In this document: one piece after another, positions 35,101 through 45,186 of the stretch
How positions within the stretch are numbered: position 1 is the stretch's first letter
How the letters are laid out: each line of letters starts with the position of its first letter
Notes under the pieces: model-generated
The model's input: only the letters and a program-made list of their open reading frames with translations
What the model was told of the DNA's origin: nothing
Database searches by the model: none
Assembly (NCBI GenBank): GCA_016699995.1
Contig: CP064996.1
Coordinates: 330,357-394,356 of the forward strand
Length of the DNA: 64,000 bases
Source: a bacterium
Lineage (GTDB): Bacteria > Patescibacteriota > Doudnabacteria > UBA920
Direction: 5' to 3'
Program-made: the position numbers and the translations under genes

Positions 35101-36173
35101 CTACTTTGACTGTAAACTTTGGCAGCTTAGCTGCTGGCCAGAGCCGTGCTGTTGAGTTTAACGCTAAAGTTACTCGCGCAACTAGCGGTCAGGTATGTAA
35201 CATTGCTGTAGGTTCTGGCGATAAGGCCGACACCGTACAAGATAATGCTTGTGTAAATGTTACCCCGCCTCCAGTAGAAACTCGCTCTTTGCAGCTTTCT
35301 AAGCTTGTTAAGACCGATACCTCCGGTGCTACTTATACCAAGTCTGCAACCGTGAAGACTGGTGACCGCGTATTCTTCAAGGTGACTGTTACCAACACTG
35401 GCAATGCATCTATCAACAACGTCAAGATTACCGACCAGATTCCATCTGGTATGACCTTCGACGATTCTGTTCAGACTACCGGCAGCCCAAGCTTCAACAG
35501 CAACACATTGACTGTTACCTTCGGTACAGTTCCTGCGGGTCAAAGCCGTTCTGTAGAATTCGCTATGAAAGTAGCGCAAACTACAGCAGGCGAAATCTGC
35601 AACACTGCTTTCGGTTCTGGCGATGACGTAAAGTCTGCCGACGACAAGGCTTGTGTAACTGTAACCGTTACCCCTGGCACTCCGAACATTGTTCAGGCTA
35701 AGACTGCCTTCAACAACACTAAGAATGCCGACGCTGTATCTGTAAAGGCTGAACGTGGCAACACTATCACCTTTACCCTTAAGACCACTAACAGTGGTAC
35801 TGCAGACAGCGTGAATTACATAATCACTGACGATTTATCTGGCGTATTGCCATTAGCTGACCTTGTAGACTTAGGCGGTGCTACCTTAGAAGGTAACATC
35901 CTAACCTTCCCTGCAGTCACTATCAAGCCAGGCGAAACTATTACCAAGACCTTCCAGGTTAAGGTAAAGTCTAGCCTTGCTGCTAACTTGTCTTTCCAGA
36001 TCAAGAATACTTACGGCAACACCGTAGTAATCGACATCCCAGGCCAGCAGGTGTTCCAAGCACCTACTACTGGTGTGGTTGGCTTGTCTGCATTTGCCTT
36101 CGCTGGTCTTATGACCGCTGGGTTTGCAGCTGTACGTCGCCGCAAAGACATCATGAACTTTATCACTGCATAA
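32184..36173 (+). CDS. large cell-surface protein with DUF11 (conserved repeat domain) tandem repeats and C-terminal sorting signal (1329 aa)
   Basis: N-terminal signal anchor. Six or more ~140-aa DUF11-like repeats (…NTGNA.INN..ITD.VP.GL…GQSR..EF…). C-terminus QAPTTG plus a 21-residue hydrophobic stretch plus RRRKD. Confidence 0.7.
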   Translation: MRNIFFNRQSSKLGLLGSLVAVVAVAIALVLIPQKTNIKTLAENCQNPPTTPTLNPYPVTFDDENPPLCHDRAAIDAAKYNNGGPVVYSQSESDWQNGLNLNIGEQGVALMYIHNGAANNLPGNQTMARNVKITTNTHTGVGSSHPINVNFAGDNTNVVNKTFTVHTPANAKLEVVPNSGFMYDYFGNLVLDQQNLNLGNSVYTLGDLDACFEYSIFLTFRFKVVADTPANTSLGITKEVRSLDRNTNFASSVNVDPNERVQYKSVVRNTGNTTATNVQFTDNGVNGVQIESGSVTVDGLHAGTLPGTLSLGDIPAGGEKTIVYNARAGGNAGTFVNTATAVASNAPSVSASATVIVQVIQNNPNIAVNKLVKNLTTGGSYAQSTNAKTNERVNFKVTVSNTGDITLRNVVVTDPIPAGLQFDNSVVTNGNASFNNNTLTVNFGNLGVGQSNTVEFAAKVTRSNDGQVCNVATANSENAGPVNDNACVNVSNPPVETRTITVNKLVKNNNQNTAYADSVGAKTGEWVNFKVTATNTGNAAINNFRITDTVPGGLTLDQNSITSTGGNVSINGATITANFGTVGAGQSRTLEFAAQVVRNTAGQICNVGTASGDGANSVNADACVNVSIPEVRTIAITKLVKNNNQNTNYADSVGAKTGEWVNFKVTATNTGNATINNFRITDAIPAGLELDHNSIVTSGNVSISGSTITVNFGSVAAGQSRTLEFATKVVRNTAGTICNVGTASGDGANSVNADACVNVTPPPVETRTIAITKLVKNNNRDTVYADSVIARTGEWVNFKVTATNTGNATINNFKITDPVPAGLELDINSIVTNGSVERNGGNITVNFGSVASGQSRTLEFAAKVVRTTDGTICNVGTASGDGANSVNADACVNIQNPPPEVRTLLISKLVKIGSGSYAQTVNAKTGETVTFKVTITNSGSATIDNVKITDVIPSGFEFANAVVTTGSPSFNGSTLTVNFGSLAAGQSRAVEFNAKVTRATSGQVCNIAVGSGDKADTVQDNACVNVTPPPVETRSLQLSKLVKTDTSGATYTKSATVKTGDRVFFKVTVTNTGNASINNVKITDQIPSGMTFDDSVQTTGSPSFNSNTLTVTFGTVPAGQSRSVEFAMKVAQTTAGEICNTAFGSGDDVKSADDKACVTVTVTPGTPNIVQAKTAFNNTKNADAVSVKAERGNTITFTLKTTNSGTADSVNYIITDDLSGVLPLADLVDLGGATLEGNILTFPAVTIKPGETITKTFQVKVKSSLAANLSFQIKNTYGNTVVIDIPGQQVFQAPTTGVVGLSAFAFAGLMTAGFAAVRRRKDIMNFITA
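33660..34900 (+). repeat. three near-identical ~420-bp tandem DNA repeats inside the DUF11 protein gene
   Basis: Repeat units beginning VETRTI(T/A)(V/I)(N/T)KLVKNNNQNT... at about 33665, 34085 and 34505. Long identical nucleotide runs also explain the antisense ORFs in the provided track. Confidence 0.6.
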
Positions 36174-36298
36174 AGCTCACCCCCTTGTGTGCCGGATAAT
36201 TTTCGAGCACCAAGGTAAATGAACAGGCCTGTAGAGAAATCTATAGAGAAAGAAGCACCCGCCCTATTTAATAGCGGCGGGTGTTTTGTTTGGTATTT

Positions 36299-37801
36299 TT
36301 AATAGTCATCGTTGCTGCGCCGGCTGAAGACTAAGGCTACGAAGGAGCGGATCAGTATGCTTAAATCCAGCCACCAGCTCCAGTTCTCCAAGTAGTAGGT
36401 ATCGAGCTTAATCTCTTCCTTAAAGGGCAAATTCGGCCACGAGAGCTGCGCTAATTGCGTAAGGCCAAAGATGCCAGGTTTGATGCTAAAGATGCGCTCA
36501 TTGCCCCGTTTATACTCGGAAACCTGGTCCGGAAAGTGGGGTCGAGGGCCAACCATGCTCATGTCGCCTAAAAGCACATTCCAGAACTGAGGAAGTTCGT
36601 CGAGCTTGGTCTTGCGAAGGAAACGGCCGACTGGTGTGACGCGGGGGTCGTTTTTGATCTTATACAAAGGTCCGGTGCGATTATCTTCGTTTATTTCGTT
36701 GAGGAGTTTTTCTAAAGTTTGCTGAGCTTCGCTATTGCCGTACTTTTCTCCAACGCTTAAGTGAGTATACATGCTGCGGAACTTGAAGAACGTAAAGTTT
36801 CTGCCCCGCCCTACCCGCGTTACGTTATAGAATACCGGCCCAGGGCTATTAAGCTTAATGGCCAGGGCGATTCCCAAAAATACCGGGAGGGTAATGATGA
36901 TGCAAATTGAACTAAAGATAACATCAGAAACTCTTTTAACAACCCGCCCCCAGCCATCCAGAGGAGTGTGCTTTAGGCTAATTAGAGGAACGCCGCGATA
37001 AGTTTGCAGTTCGATAACATTGCGTTGAACTTCGAACAGGCTAGGTATAAAGCTGAAGCTGAGGCCCTTGCTTCGCGCAAGCGTGGCAATGTGCATATTC
37101 TGTTCGCGGGTTATGGAAGTATTGGTTTGAATAATTTCGTCTACCGGATTGGCGTCGATAAACGTTTCTAGTTCGAACAGAATTTCATCATGGTGGTCAA
37201 ACTTGGCGACCACCTGATAGCCGTACCGCTTGCTCTTAAACAAGCTTTCGACAGTTTCTGTTTCCGAGCCTTGGCCGTTGATGATGATCAAGCGCTGCAG
37301 GCCGTAATTGTGATGGAACATGATGCGCTTGAAAATTCGCAGCACCAAACGGCCGCCGATGGCAAAGATGATGCCCATCATCCAGGCCGCCAGAATAATA
37401 AAACGGGATGGGAAAATGGATTGGTCAAAGAAGAATAAGACAATGGTGAACAACGCGCCCAACGACACGCCTACAAAGATTTTGGTAGCCTGCTGGCGAA
37501 ACGGCTGCGTGGCGCGAACGTTATACAAGCCAAGGAAGGCAAAGATGATGAGCAGGAAGGGGATGACGCGAATTAGAATCGCGATAAAGCCGCTGAGGCT
37601 CAGATCAAAAATAACCGGCCCGACGAGATCGAATCGTTCTAGGTTATAACGGATGTAATAAGCAATTAAGCCAGCTCCGGCCAAGGTGATGGCGTCGACT
37701 GGCAAAGAAATAAGGTTGAGTATGAATTCGGCTCTTTTCATAAGTTTGCCTCCATATTTTAACACTATTTGGCTGGTAGAACTAGCTGGGCAGTTAAGCA
37801 C
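36299..37801 (-). CDS. polyprenyl-phosphate sugar-1-phosphate transferase (WbaP/bacterial sugar transferase family)
   Basis: N-terminal TM bundle. C-terminal catalytic domain ...PGPVFY...[16 protein letters not shown]...[21 protein letters not shown]. Confidence 0.8.
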   Translation of the reverse strand: MLNCPASSTSQIVLKYGGKLMKRAEFILNLISLPVDAITLAGAGLIAYYIRYNLERFDLVGPVIFDLSLSGFIAILIRVIPFLLIIFAFLGLYNVRATQPFRQQATKIFVGVSLGALFTIVLFFFDQSIFPSRFIILAAWMMGIIFAIGGRLVLRIFKRIMFHHNYGLQRLIIINGQGSETETVESLFKSKRYGYQVVAKFDHHDEILFELETFIDANPVDEIIQTNTSITREQNMHIATLARSKGLSFSFIPSLFEVQRNVIELQTYRGVPLISLKHTPLDGWGRVVKRVSDVIFSSICIIITLPVFLGIALAIKLNSPGPVFYNVTRVGRGRNFTFFKFRSMYTHLSVGEKYGNSEAQQTLEKLLNEINEDNRTGPLYKIKNDPRVTPVGRFLRKTKLDELPQFWNVLLGDMSMVGPRPHFPDQVSEYKRGNERIFSIKPGIFGLTQLAQLSWPNLPFKEEIKLDTYYLENWSWWLDLSILIRSFVALVFSRRSNDDY

Positions 37802-37865
37802 AAACGTGGTATAATTTAAGCATATTTCCTAGATTTTTTAGGGATTTTATTGAGATTTATTTTAA

Positions 37866-38939
37866 ATGAACCGATTTTCTAACATTGTAATATTTGGCGG
37901 CAGTGGCTTTATCGGCGCCCATTTTTCTATTCATTTGTTGGATAATAATTTAGCGGAAAACATCTTCTTGGCCGACATTCTACCTCCTAATTTAGACGCC
38001 TTGCCTGCGAAACTAAAACAGTATACGGATAGCGGCAAAGTAAAGTTTGTAAAAGTTGATGTGCGTCAGCCGATTAGCGAACAGATGCCTGCAGAGCTAG
38101 GTGGGCAGTCAGAGGGCCAGTTAAATGGTCAGGGCAAAGTTGATTTAGTCGTTAACCTGGCTGCAGTGCACCGCGAACCAGGCCACGAGCGCAACGAATA
38201 TTTTGATACTAACTTGCCGGGGGCGAATAATGTTTGTGATTGGGCTAGCCAAGTAGACTGCAAGTACATTGTGTTTACCAGTTCCATCGCTGTGTATGGC
38301 ACAGAAAAAATCGGTCCTAAAACCGAAGATACTACGCCCCAGCCGAATAGTCCGTATGGCGAATCTAAACTAGCTGCAGAAAAAATTCATCGCGACTGGG
38401 TTAATGCTCAAGCAGAGCGCAAGTTATTGATTGTGCGTCCTGGCGTAATTTTTGGCACGGGTGAAGGTGGCAACATTACTCGCATGATCAAAGGCATCCG
38501 CGGCGGTTACTTTGTATTTTTGGGCAACCAGAACGTGGTAAAGTCCGGCGGTTATGTAAAAGAGCTGGCTAGATCTATGGCCTGGATGATGGATAAGCAG
38601 CTTTCCGGCAACATAAAAGAAATGCTTTACAACTTTACTATGAATCCGGCTGCCACAGTTGGCGAATATGCCAATGGCATATTGAAGGCAATGAACTTGC
38701 GCAAGCGCATTTGGAATATTCCTTATGGCTTGCTGCTGCCAGTGGCTACTGTTGTCGGCGGCATTAGTAAAGTTTTAAGAATCGATCAGCCGGTTAATAG
38801 CGCACGCGTTAAAAAGTTGCTCCGAGAAAACAATATCGTGGCAAAAAAGCTCGAGGATTTAGGATATGAATATCAATATACTTTAGACTCTGCTCTGGCG
38901 GACTGGCACCAGGAACATCCTCAGGATTGGGGCGACTAG
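37866..38939 (+). CDS. NAD-dependent epimerase/dehydratase (extended SDR)
   Basis: GGSGFIGAHF Rossmann motif and YGESK catalytic motif. Confidence 0.7.
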   Translation: MNRFSNIVIFGGSGFIGAHFSIHLLDNNLAENIFLADILPPNLDALPAKLKQYTDSGKVKFVKVDVRQPISEQMPAELGGQSEGQLNGQGKVDLVVNLAAVHREPGHERNEYFDTNLPGANNVCDWASQVDCKYIVFTSSIAVYGTEKIGPKTEDTTPQPNSPYGESKLAAEKIHRDWVNAQAERKLLIVRPGVIFGTGEGGNITRMIKGIRGGYFVFLGNQNVVKSGGYVKELARSMAWMMDKQLSGNIKEMLYNFTMNPAATVGEYANGILKAMNLRKRIWNIPYGLLLPVATVVGGISKVLRIDQPVNSARVKKLLRENNIVAKKLEDLGYEYQYTLDSALADWHQEHPQDWGD

Positions 38940-38951
38940 TTTGAATTTATA

Positions 38952-39968
38952 ATGACAGAACAGGAAAACAACACGATCGTTGTCACGGGCGGCGCCGGCT
39001 ATATTGGTTCGCATGTCGTGCGTTTGCTGTTGGACAACGGCTTCGATGTAGTTGTTATAGACGACCTCTCCAGCGGCAAGCAAGCAAATTTACCTCCCGG
39101 TTTTACACCAGGGGTAAATTTTTTTAATGGCGATTTTGCAGACGGCAAAATTTGGCAACAGATTTACGCTCAAGGCGGGGCAGAGGCGGTGGTGCATTTG
39201 GCAGCGAGCATCGATGCAAACGAATCTTTGTCTGAGCGCGAGAAGTACATCGAAAATAACTTTACCAAGACGCAGCAGCTGTTGGATATTTTACAGGACC
39301 TGGGCAGGCTTGGCAGCGGGTCGGCTGCTCTGCCTGTTAATCAACCTCAGCCTGTAAAACAGCTTATTTTCGCGTCTACAGCCGCTGTATACGGCGCAAC
39401 CGGCAGCGAGCCTGTGATGGAAACCGCTTTTTTAAAACCTATGAATCCCTACGGAGAAAGCAAAGTTATGGCCGAACAGGCTATTAACCAAGCTACTCAA
39501 TTCAAAACTGTTTGTTTGCGCTTCTTCAATGTTGCCGGAACAATAGATACCATTGGGGTGTTGCCGCAGAACCCGCATGGCTTAATAAGCCAGATCTCTG
39601 CAGCGGCAAAAGACGGACAAAAAGAATTTTTAATTTACGGAGACGATTACCCAACCCCAGACGGCACTTGCATCCGGGACTTTGTGAATCCGCAAGACAT
39701 TGCCCGCGCGATTCTGGCCTGTGTGCAGCAGAGCGGTACTTTGCCTCAAAATGCGATTTTCAATGTTGGTACCGGCCATGGCTATTCTGTCTTGCAGATT
39801 TTGAATAAGGCCCGCGAGGTTGCAGGTAAGCCAATTCTGAGCCGGGTGGCGGCCAGGCGGGATCAAGAGGTCCCCATCTCGATCTGCGATAATTCGCTTA
39901 TCAAAAGGACCCTAAATTTCGAATTGCAAAATTCCGATTTAGACACTATACTACGAACTAGTCTATAA
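38952..39968 (+). CDS. galE: UDP-glucose 4-epimerase-like
   Basis: VTGGAGYIGSH...YGESK. GalE-like length and motif order. Confidence 0.7.
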   Translation: MTEQENNTIVVTGGAGYIGSHVVRLLLDNGFDVVVIDDLSSGKQANLPPGFTPGVNFFNGDFADGKIWQQIYAQGGAEAVVHLAASIDANESLSEREKYIENNFTKTQQLLDILQDLGRLGSGSAALPVNQPQPVKQLIFASTAAVYGATGSEPVMETAFLKPMNPYGESKVMAEQAINQATQFKTVCLRFFNVAGTIDTIGVLPQNPHGLISQISAAAKDGQKEFLIYGDDYPTPDGTCIRDFVNPQDIARAILACVQQSGTLPQNAIFNVGTGHGYSVLQILNKAREVAGKPILSRVAARRDQEVPISICDNSLIKRTLNFELQNSDLDTILRTSL

Positions 39969-39985
39969 ACCATAAAGGAGGGGAT

Positions 39986-40594
39986 ATGGCCAAGAAGAAG
40001 TTTGATAAAGCCAAAACAAAGGCCGAAACAGAAGGCTTGGAGCTGGCGGTATTCTTAGCTTCGAATTTCCGGGCTTTGGAATACGTAGATGTAAACCTGG
40101 AGCCGAAAACCACCGTGGGAAAGAAAATTCAGAATTATCTAGATCGCCATTCCGCGCGGAAGCACGAGAATATTCTGCACGGCATTGTCTGTGTAAGGGA
40201 TGTGTTCAAGAATTCCACCGGCGGCCGGATTCATCTGGTGGCGGGTTTGGAAGGACCGATTGTGGAAGCTGTGTCCAGCGAAGTGATAGGCGAGCCTATC
40301 GATTACGAAGCCAAGCATAAGTATCTAAAAAAGCTTGCCGAGCTGGTTGCAGAAAGCAAAGCTCCTAAAGCCGGGAATATTCACTTCCATCTGCTGGAAT
40401 GCAGCAAAAAGCGGGTGACGCCTGCCAATATACTTCAGCTCATTCGCCGCGATCACGGCATGCAGAACGATTTGCAGCAGATCGCCGATTCCAAAATTTC
40501 TGTTTTAATCAATCTTCCCAAAAAACCGTACTGGCGTCCAAATGTGGATAGCGCAATGATCAATCATCTGTTTAGCCACCAGCCGGAACCTTAA
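39986..40594 (+). CDS. hypothetical protein (202 aa)
   Basis: AAAGGAGGGGATATG. Followed by terminator acaccacctctcgaggtggtttt. Confidence 0.45.
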   Translation: MAKKKFDKAKTKAETEGLELAVFLASNFRALEYVDVNLEPKTTVGKKIQNYLDRHSARKHENILHGIVCVRDVFKNSTGGRIHLVAGLEGPIVEAVSSEVIGEPIDYEAKHKYLKKLAELVAESKAPKAGNIHFHLLECSKKRVTPANILQLIRRDHGMQNDLQQIADSKISVLINLPKKPYWRPNVDSAMINHLFSHQPEP

Positions 40595-40693
40595 TTTACA
40601 CCACCTCTCGAGGTGGTTTTATATTGACTAAAGGCCTAAAATACCCTATAATTTATTGCGATACCGCTGTTTTGAAGCGGCAACAATAATACC

Positions 40694-41596
40694 ATGACTC
40701 CAACTTACGAAATCATTTTATTTTACAAATACGTACATATCGATAACCCTGTTCGGCTGATGCGCGAGCAGAAAGAACTGCAGATGCGCCTTGGCTTAAA
40801 AGGCCGCAGCATTATCGCCTCCGAAGGCGTCAACATGACTATGGAGGGAACCAGCGAAAACATCGATAAATATTTAGAGGAACTGTTTAAGGACCCTCGT
40901 TTTGCAGGTACGCATATTAAGCGCTCTATCGGCACAGGCAATTCTTTTCCTCGTACTTCTGTAAAAGTGCGAAACGAGCTTGTGGCATTAGGTTTGGGCG
41001 AGGGGTGCGATATCGACCCAAATAAGCTGACGGGCATTCATTTAAAGCCGGAAGAATTGCACCAGTGGATCGCGGATGGCAAAGAGTTTTATATCATCGA
41101 CATGCGCAATGCTTACGAGCATCAGGTTGGCTATTTTGAAGGTTCAATTTTGCCGCCGATGAATAACTTCCGCGATTTGCCGAAGTTTATGGATTCTATT
41201 AATCATTTAAAAGATAAGACTGTCTTAACGGTGTGTACCGGCGGAGTGCGCTGCGAAAAAGCGTCCGGTTATTTGTTGAGCCAGGGCTTTACGGATGTGT
41301 ATCAGCTGGACGGCGGCATCGTGTCTTATATGGAGAAATATCCGAACGAAGATTTTATCGGCAAGCTGTATGTGTTTGATAACCGCATCGCCATGGGTTT
41401 TTATACCGACGATCCAAAGCATCAGATAGTGGGGAAGTGCACCTTCTGCGGCGTAGCCAGCGAGCGTTACACTAACTGTATTGTGAACGACTGCAATCGC
41501 AAGTTTATTGCGTGTTCTGATTGCGAGATTAAGATGGGACAGGAGTTTTTTTGCCCGCCAGAGATTGGGCATAAAGAGAAGACAAGGGTTAGTTAG
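40694..41596 (+). CDS. trhO: rhodanese-domain protein of the TrhO/YceA (UPF0176) family
   Basis: Conserved N-terminal fold ILFYKY...SEGVN, rhodanese CTGGVRCEKAS active site, and a C-terminal Cys-rich tail. Confidence 0.75.
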   Translation: MTPTYEIILFYKYVHIDNPVRLMREQKELQMRLGLKGRSIIASEGVNMTMEGTSENIDKYLEELFKDPRFAGTHIKRSIGTGNSFPRTSVKVRNELVALGLGEGCDIDPNKLTGIHLKPEELHQWIADGKEFYIIDMRNAYEHQVGYFEGSILPPMNNFRDLPKFMDSINHLKDKTVLTVCTGGVRCEKASGYLLSQGFTDVYQLDGGIVSYMEKYPNEDFIGKLYVFDNRIAMGFYTDDPKHQIVGKCTFCGVASERYTNCIVNDCNRKFIACSDCEIKMGQEFFCPPEIGHKEKTRVS

Positions 41597-41666
41597 TAAT
41601 GTTGCATGCAAAACATTGTCAAGAGAGATTAATAACAATCACTGTTTGGGTTTTTTGTCCACTTAA

Positions 41667-42404
41667 ATGAATACTGTGCAAAAATTAAATCAAGCCACAA
41701 TTGAAAAACTTAAATATTATGTATATTTGCTCAGGGATCCTCGCACTAAAAAAATATTTTATGTAGGGAAAGGTAGGGGTAATCGAATAAATAACCATAA
41801 GCCAGAAACTTTAGTTGCGAACAAAAACACTACCGAAAAGCTGAAAATCATTCGATCGATTCTTAAATCTAAAAGAAGTCCAGAATTGTTAGTACTACGG
41901 CATGGGCTTACAGAAATCGAGGCTCTTGAAATTGAATCAGCAGTGATTGATTTGTTGAGTTATGATAAAAAATTGAATTTGACCAATTTAGTAAAGGGAC
42001 ATGGTTCCAATGATCGAGGAATAATGACTTTACAAGACATTAACTTAAAATATCAAGCCGAACCGATTAAAAAGTTTGAACACAATGCAGTGTTGATTAC
42101 GATTAACCAACTATTTAGGAATTGTAAAACTCCTGAGGATCTATACAATGCTACAAGAAGCTCGTGGAGAATCAGTTTGAGGCGAGCCGGGGAAGTAGAA
42201 ATTATTTGTGCTACCTATCGAGGAATTATTCGAGAAGTTTATACACCTCGAATTTGGAAACATGATCCTGAAAGGGTTCCTCGATTACTTTTTGAGGGTA
42301 AGATTTCCAATAATAAAATTCGTAACATGTACATAAATAAGTCAGTAAAGCATTTGATTAAACAAGGATCTTCCAATCCGATTAAATTTATTAAAATTAA
42401 GTAG
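41667..42404 (+). CDS. GIY-YIG nuclease-domain protein (245 aa)
   Basis: YYVYLLRDPRTKKIFYVGKGRGNR GIY-YIG motif at the N-terminus. First gene of the AT-rich islet. Confidence 0.55.
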   Translation: MNTVQKLNQATIEKLKYYVYLLRDPRTKKIFYVGKGRGNRINNHKPETLVANKNTTEKLKIIRSILKSKRSPELLVLRHGLTEIEALEIESAVIDLLSYDKKLNLTNLVKGHGSNDRGIMTLQDINLKYQAEPIKKFEHNAVLITINQLFRNCKTPEDLYNATRSSWRISLRRAGEVEIICATYRGIIREVYTPRIWKHDPERVPRLLFEGKISNNKIRNMYINKSVKHLIKQGSSNPIKFIKIK

Positions 42405-42642
42405 AGATTTCACAATTAGACTACTTTTACATCGACACTTAACTAAGTTTTTAGATATTGAACCCAGTTTTGCTTTTACCAATTTCACCTCGTCCTTAAA
42501 TCCATTTAATCAAACCGTTTCTTTGTGAGTTAAATCTATGCCAGGGCCAGAGTAAAATCATAAAATACAGACCTGAAAGCTTCTTATTTAAAACGCTTTT
42601 TTACTAGAAATTCAATCTCAAATAGATTAAAATGGTTATATT

Positions 42643-45123
42643 ATGACTCTTGATAAAGCCATTATTTCTTCAATAAAAAATAATAACCTACGGGTATTGC
42701 TTGAGGTTATATTAGATGATTACAGCACACTCTTTGAACAGTATATTCTTGGGGTTGAAACTAATGATAATCCGTCCTTGATGCTGAAAACCGATTATGC
42801 TAGTTATAGTATATATTTTGATAGCAATGAAAAATCAAATACAAAAATATATGAATCGAATAATAAAATATTTAAAACAATTTGTATTGGTGACGACCTT
42901 ATTAATAAGGAGTTATTAAAGTACTTTTTACGTAGACAATTTATTGCTGATCAGCAACTTTTCAATTTATACCTTAAACGTGGCAGTGAAATTAAGCCTC
43001 ATGAAGCCCAGTTAAGAGCACTAGAGAATTTGAAACGTACCAGAGAAGAAGGTTCGGATAAAGCAATAGCAATATTGGCAACTGGGATCGGTAAAACAAT
43101 TCTGGCAGCTTTAGATGCAAAACAATGCGGAGCAAAAAAAATTCTTTTTATTGTACATATCAATGAAATATTAAAACAAACAAAAGAAACATTTGAAAAT
43201 GTAATCCCAGAAAAGCAAGATAATTTAGGTTTTTACAATGGAAAAAGCAAAGATACCAATAAAGATATTTTATTTGCCTCAATACAAACTTTAGGAAAAC
43301 AAAAACACTTAGAAAATTTTACTCCTGATTATTTTGATTACATCATTATAGACGAAACTCACCACACAGCAGCACCTACTTATGCAAAAATATTTTCATA
43401 TTTCAAACCTAAATTCTTTCTGGGTTTAACTGCAACCCCCGATCGAATGGATCGAAAAGATATTTTGGGATTCTATAATAATAATGTTGTCTTTGAAATG
43501 GATCAAGAGCAAGCAATAGAACAAGGATACCTTGCCCCTTTTAAATATTTGGGTTTTAAAGATAGCATCGACTATTCAAACATTTTTTTTAATGGATTTA
43601 AATATGACACAAAAGATTTAAATAAACATCTATTGATTGATGAACGAGATCAAGCGATTATTAAAAAGTTTAAGGAAATCGCCAAAGGTAGGAAGACCAT
43701 CGGTTTTTGTGCTTCAATTGAGCATGCAGAAAGATCGGCTGAAAAGTTTAAAGCAGCAGGTATTAGTGCAATTGCTGTGCACTCTCGTAGTTTAGGCTTC
43801 GGAGGTGCTGAAGAGAAAGATAAGTCATTGCTGATTAAATATTTTCGAGATAACAAATGCCAAGTAGCCTTTGTAGTTGATATGTTCAATGAAGGTGTTG
43901 ATATACCTGATGTTTCTTGTCTATTGTTTTTGCGTCCAACTGAATCCAGAACTATATTTATTCAGCACATGGGTAGAGGTCTGCGTATTGCACCACAAAA
44001 AGAAGATGTTTTAATTTTGGATTTTATAGGAAATTACCGTACTGCCAATTTGATTTTGGAAGGCTTAAACATTAAGGGAGGCATTAGGGGGTTAAAGAAA
44101 GTAACCCGTGATGGAAAGGATCTATTTGTCTACGACTTGAATGGTTGTGAAATTGTTTTTGACACAGAAGTAGTCGATATTTTTAGAAACAATGAGGTGA
44201 CTCACACGAAAGATATTAGAAATGATGTTATTAAAGAAGAGTGGCAAGAATATGCTAGCTATTTAGAAAAATGGACAGAAAATAACTTATACTGGAAACG
44301 TGGTCAACAAAATCAATACTTCGAAGTTAATTTTGAAGCTTTAAAAATACTTAAAGAAAACCTTGGGATTTCAGAAAAAGAATTTATTAAGAAAATTCAA
44401 AAAATTGTTATGGATAAATATCCTCGCAAAAACATGACCGCTGGTTTCCGTGCTCTGTTTTTGAGTAAAATTAGTGGATTTGTAACATTTGAGTCTCCCT
44501 TAAAACCCACATCTCCATTCGATGAAATTTATAAAATAACAAGCGACTTCTCTAAAATTGATACCTATAGAGATATACTTACGACTCAATTGGAAAAAAT
44601 TAATTATTGGAATCCAATATACGGTTCGTACAACAAATATGTAGATACTTCAAATCGCGTGTCGTTTAAAGATTTTAGAATATATCCGTTCTTTTTTATT
44701 TACGATGCGTTATTAAAATTAATGGATGAATATGGTTCAAGTCCAAGTGTAACTAAATTTGAATTTAATACCTTTTTAGCTATAACAAAAGAACATTCAG
44801 AAACCAAGGAAGTTGTTGAACGAATTCTGCGATTTCGAGATGATGAGGAGAAACAACAGACCCAAAAACTCCTTACCACTAAGAACAAGATTGACCCAAG
44901 ATTTTATGGAATCATCCATTATAATAAGTACCTAGAGGTCGATAAAAATGGACTAAGTATTAACCCTAAATTTACAGATGAACTAAGGACGCGATTAAAG
45001 GCTTTTAACTCTTTATATTCTTCAAAAAAGCTTATTTTATATGAAGAAAACGCTCCTAATCTATACTCTGATATGTTATACTCAATTAGTGACATCTTGG
45101 ACTATCATAATCAAATGCGGTAG
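42643..45123 (+). CDS. SF2 helicase, Type III restriction Res-subunit-like (DEAH), with extra N- and C-terminal domains (826 aa)
   Basis: Motif I ILATGIGKTILA, motif II IIIDETHH, motif III LGLTATP. Helicase-C with FNEGVDIPDV and HMGRGLR. Confidence 0.65.
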   Translation: MTLDKAIISSIKNNNLRVLLEVILDDYSTLFEQYILGVETNDNPSLMLKTDYASYSIYFDSNEKSNTKIYESNNKIFKTICIGDDLINKELLKYFLRRQFIADQQLFNLYLKRGSEIKPHEAQLRALENLKRTREEGSDKAIAILATGIGKTILAALDAKQCGAKKILFIVHINEILKQTKETFENVIPEKQDNLGFYNGKSKDTNKDILFASIQTLGKQKHLENFTPDYFDYIIIDETHHTAAPTYAKIFSYFKPKFFLGLTATPDRMDRKDILGFYNNNVVFEMDQEQAIEQGYLAPFKYLGFKDSIDYSNIFFNGFKYDTKDLNKHLLIDERDQAIIKKFKEIAKGRKTIGFCASIEHAERSAEKFKAAGISAIAVHSRSLGFGGAEEKDKSLLIKYFRDNKCQVAFVVDMFNEGVDIPDVSCLLFLRPTESRTIFIQHMGRGLRIAPQKEDVLILDFIGNYRTANLILEGLNIKGGIRGLKKVTRDGKDLFVYDLNGCEIVFDTEVVDIFRNNEVTHTKDIRNDVIKEEWQEYASYLEKWTENNLYWKRGQQNQYFEVNFEALKILKENLGISEKEFIKKIQKIVMDKYPRKNMTAGFRALFLSKISGFVTFESPLKPTSPFDEIYKITSDFSKIDTYRDILTTQLEKINYWNPIYGSYNKYVDTSNRVSFKDFRIYPFFFIYDALLKLMDEYGSSPSVTKFEFNTFLAITKEHSETKEVVERILRFRDDEEKQQTQKLLTTKNKIDPRFYGIIHYNKYLEVDKNGLSINPKFTDELRTRLKAFNSLYSSKKLILYEENAPNLYSDMLYSISDILDYHNQMR

Positions 45124-45186
45124 TGGGGTTATAGACTAGTCCCAGAAATAAAAGAGGTTTTAAGTAGTTCTACGAAGCGAGATTTT

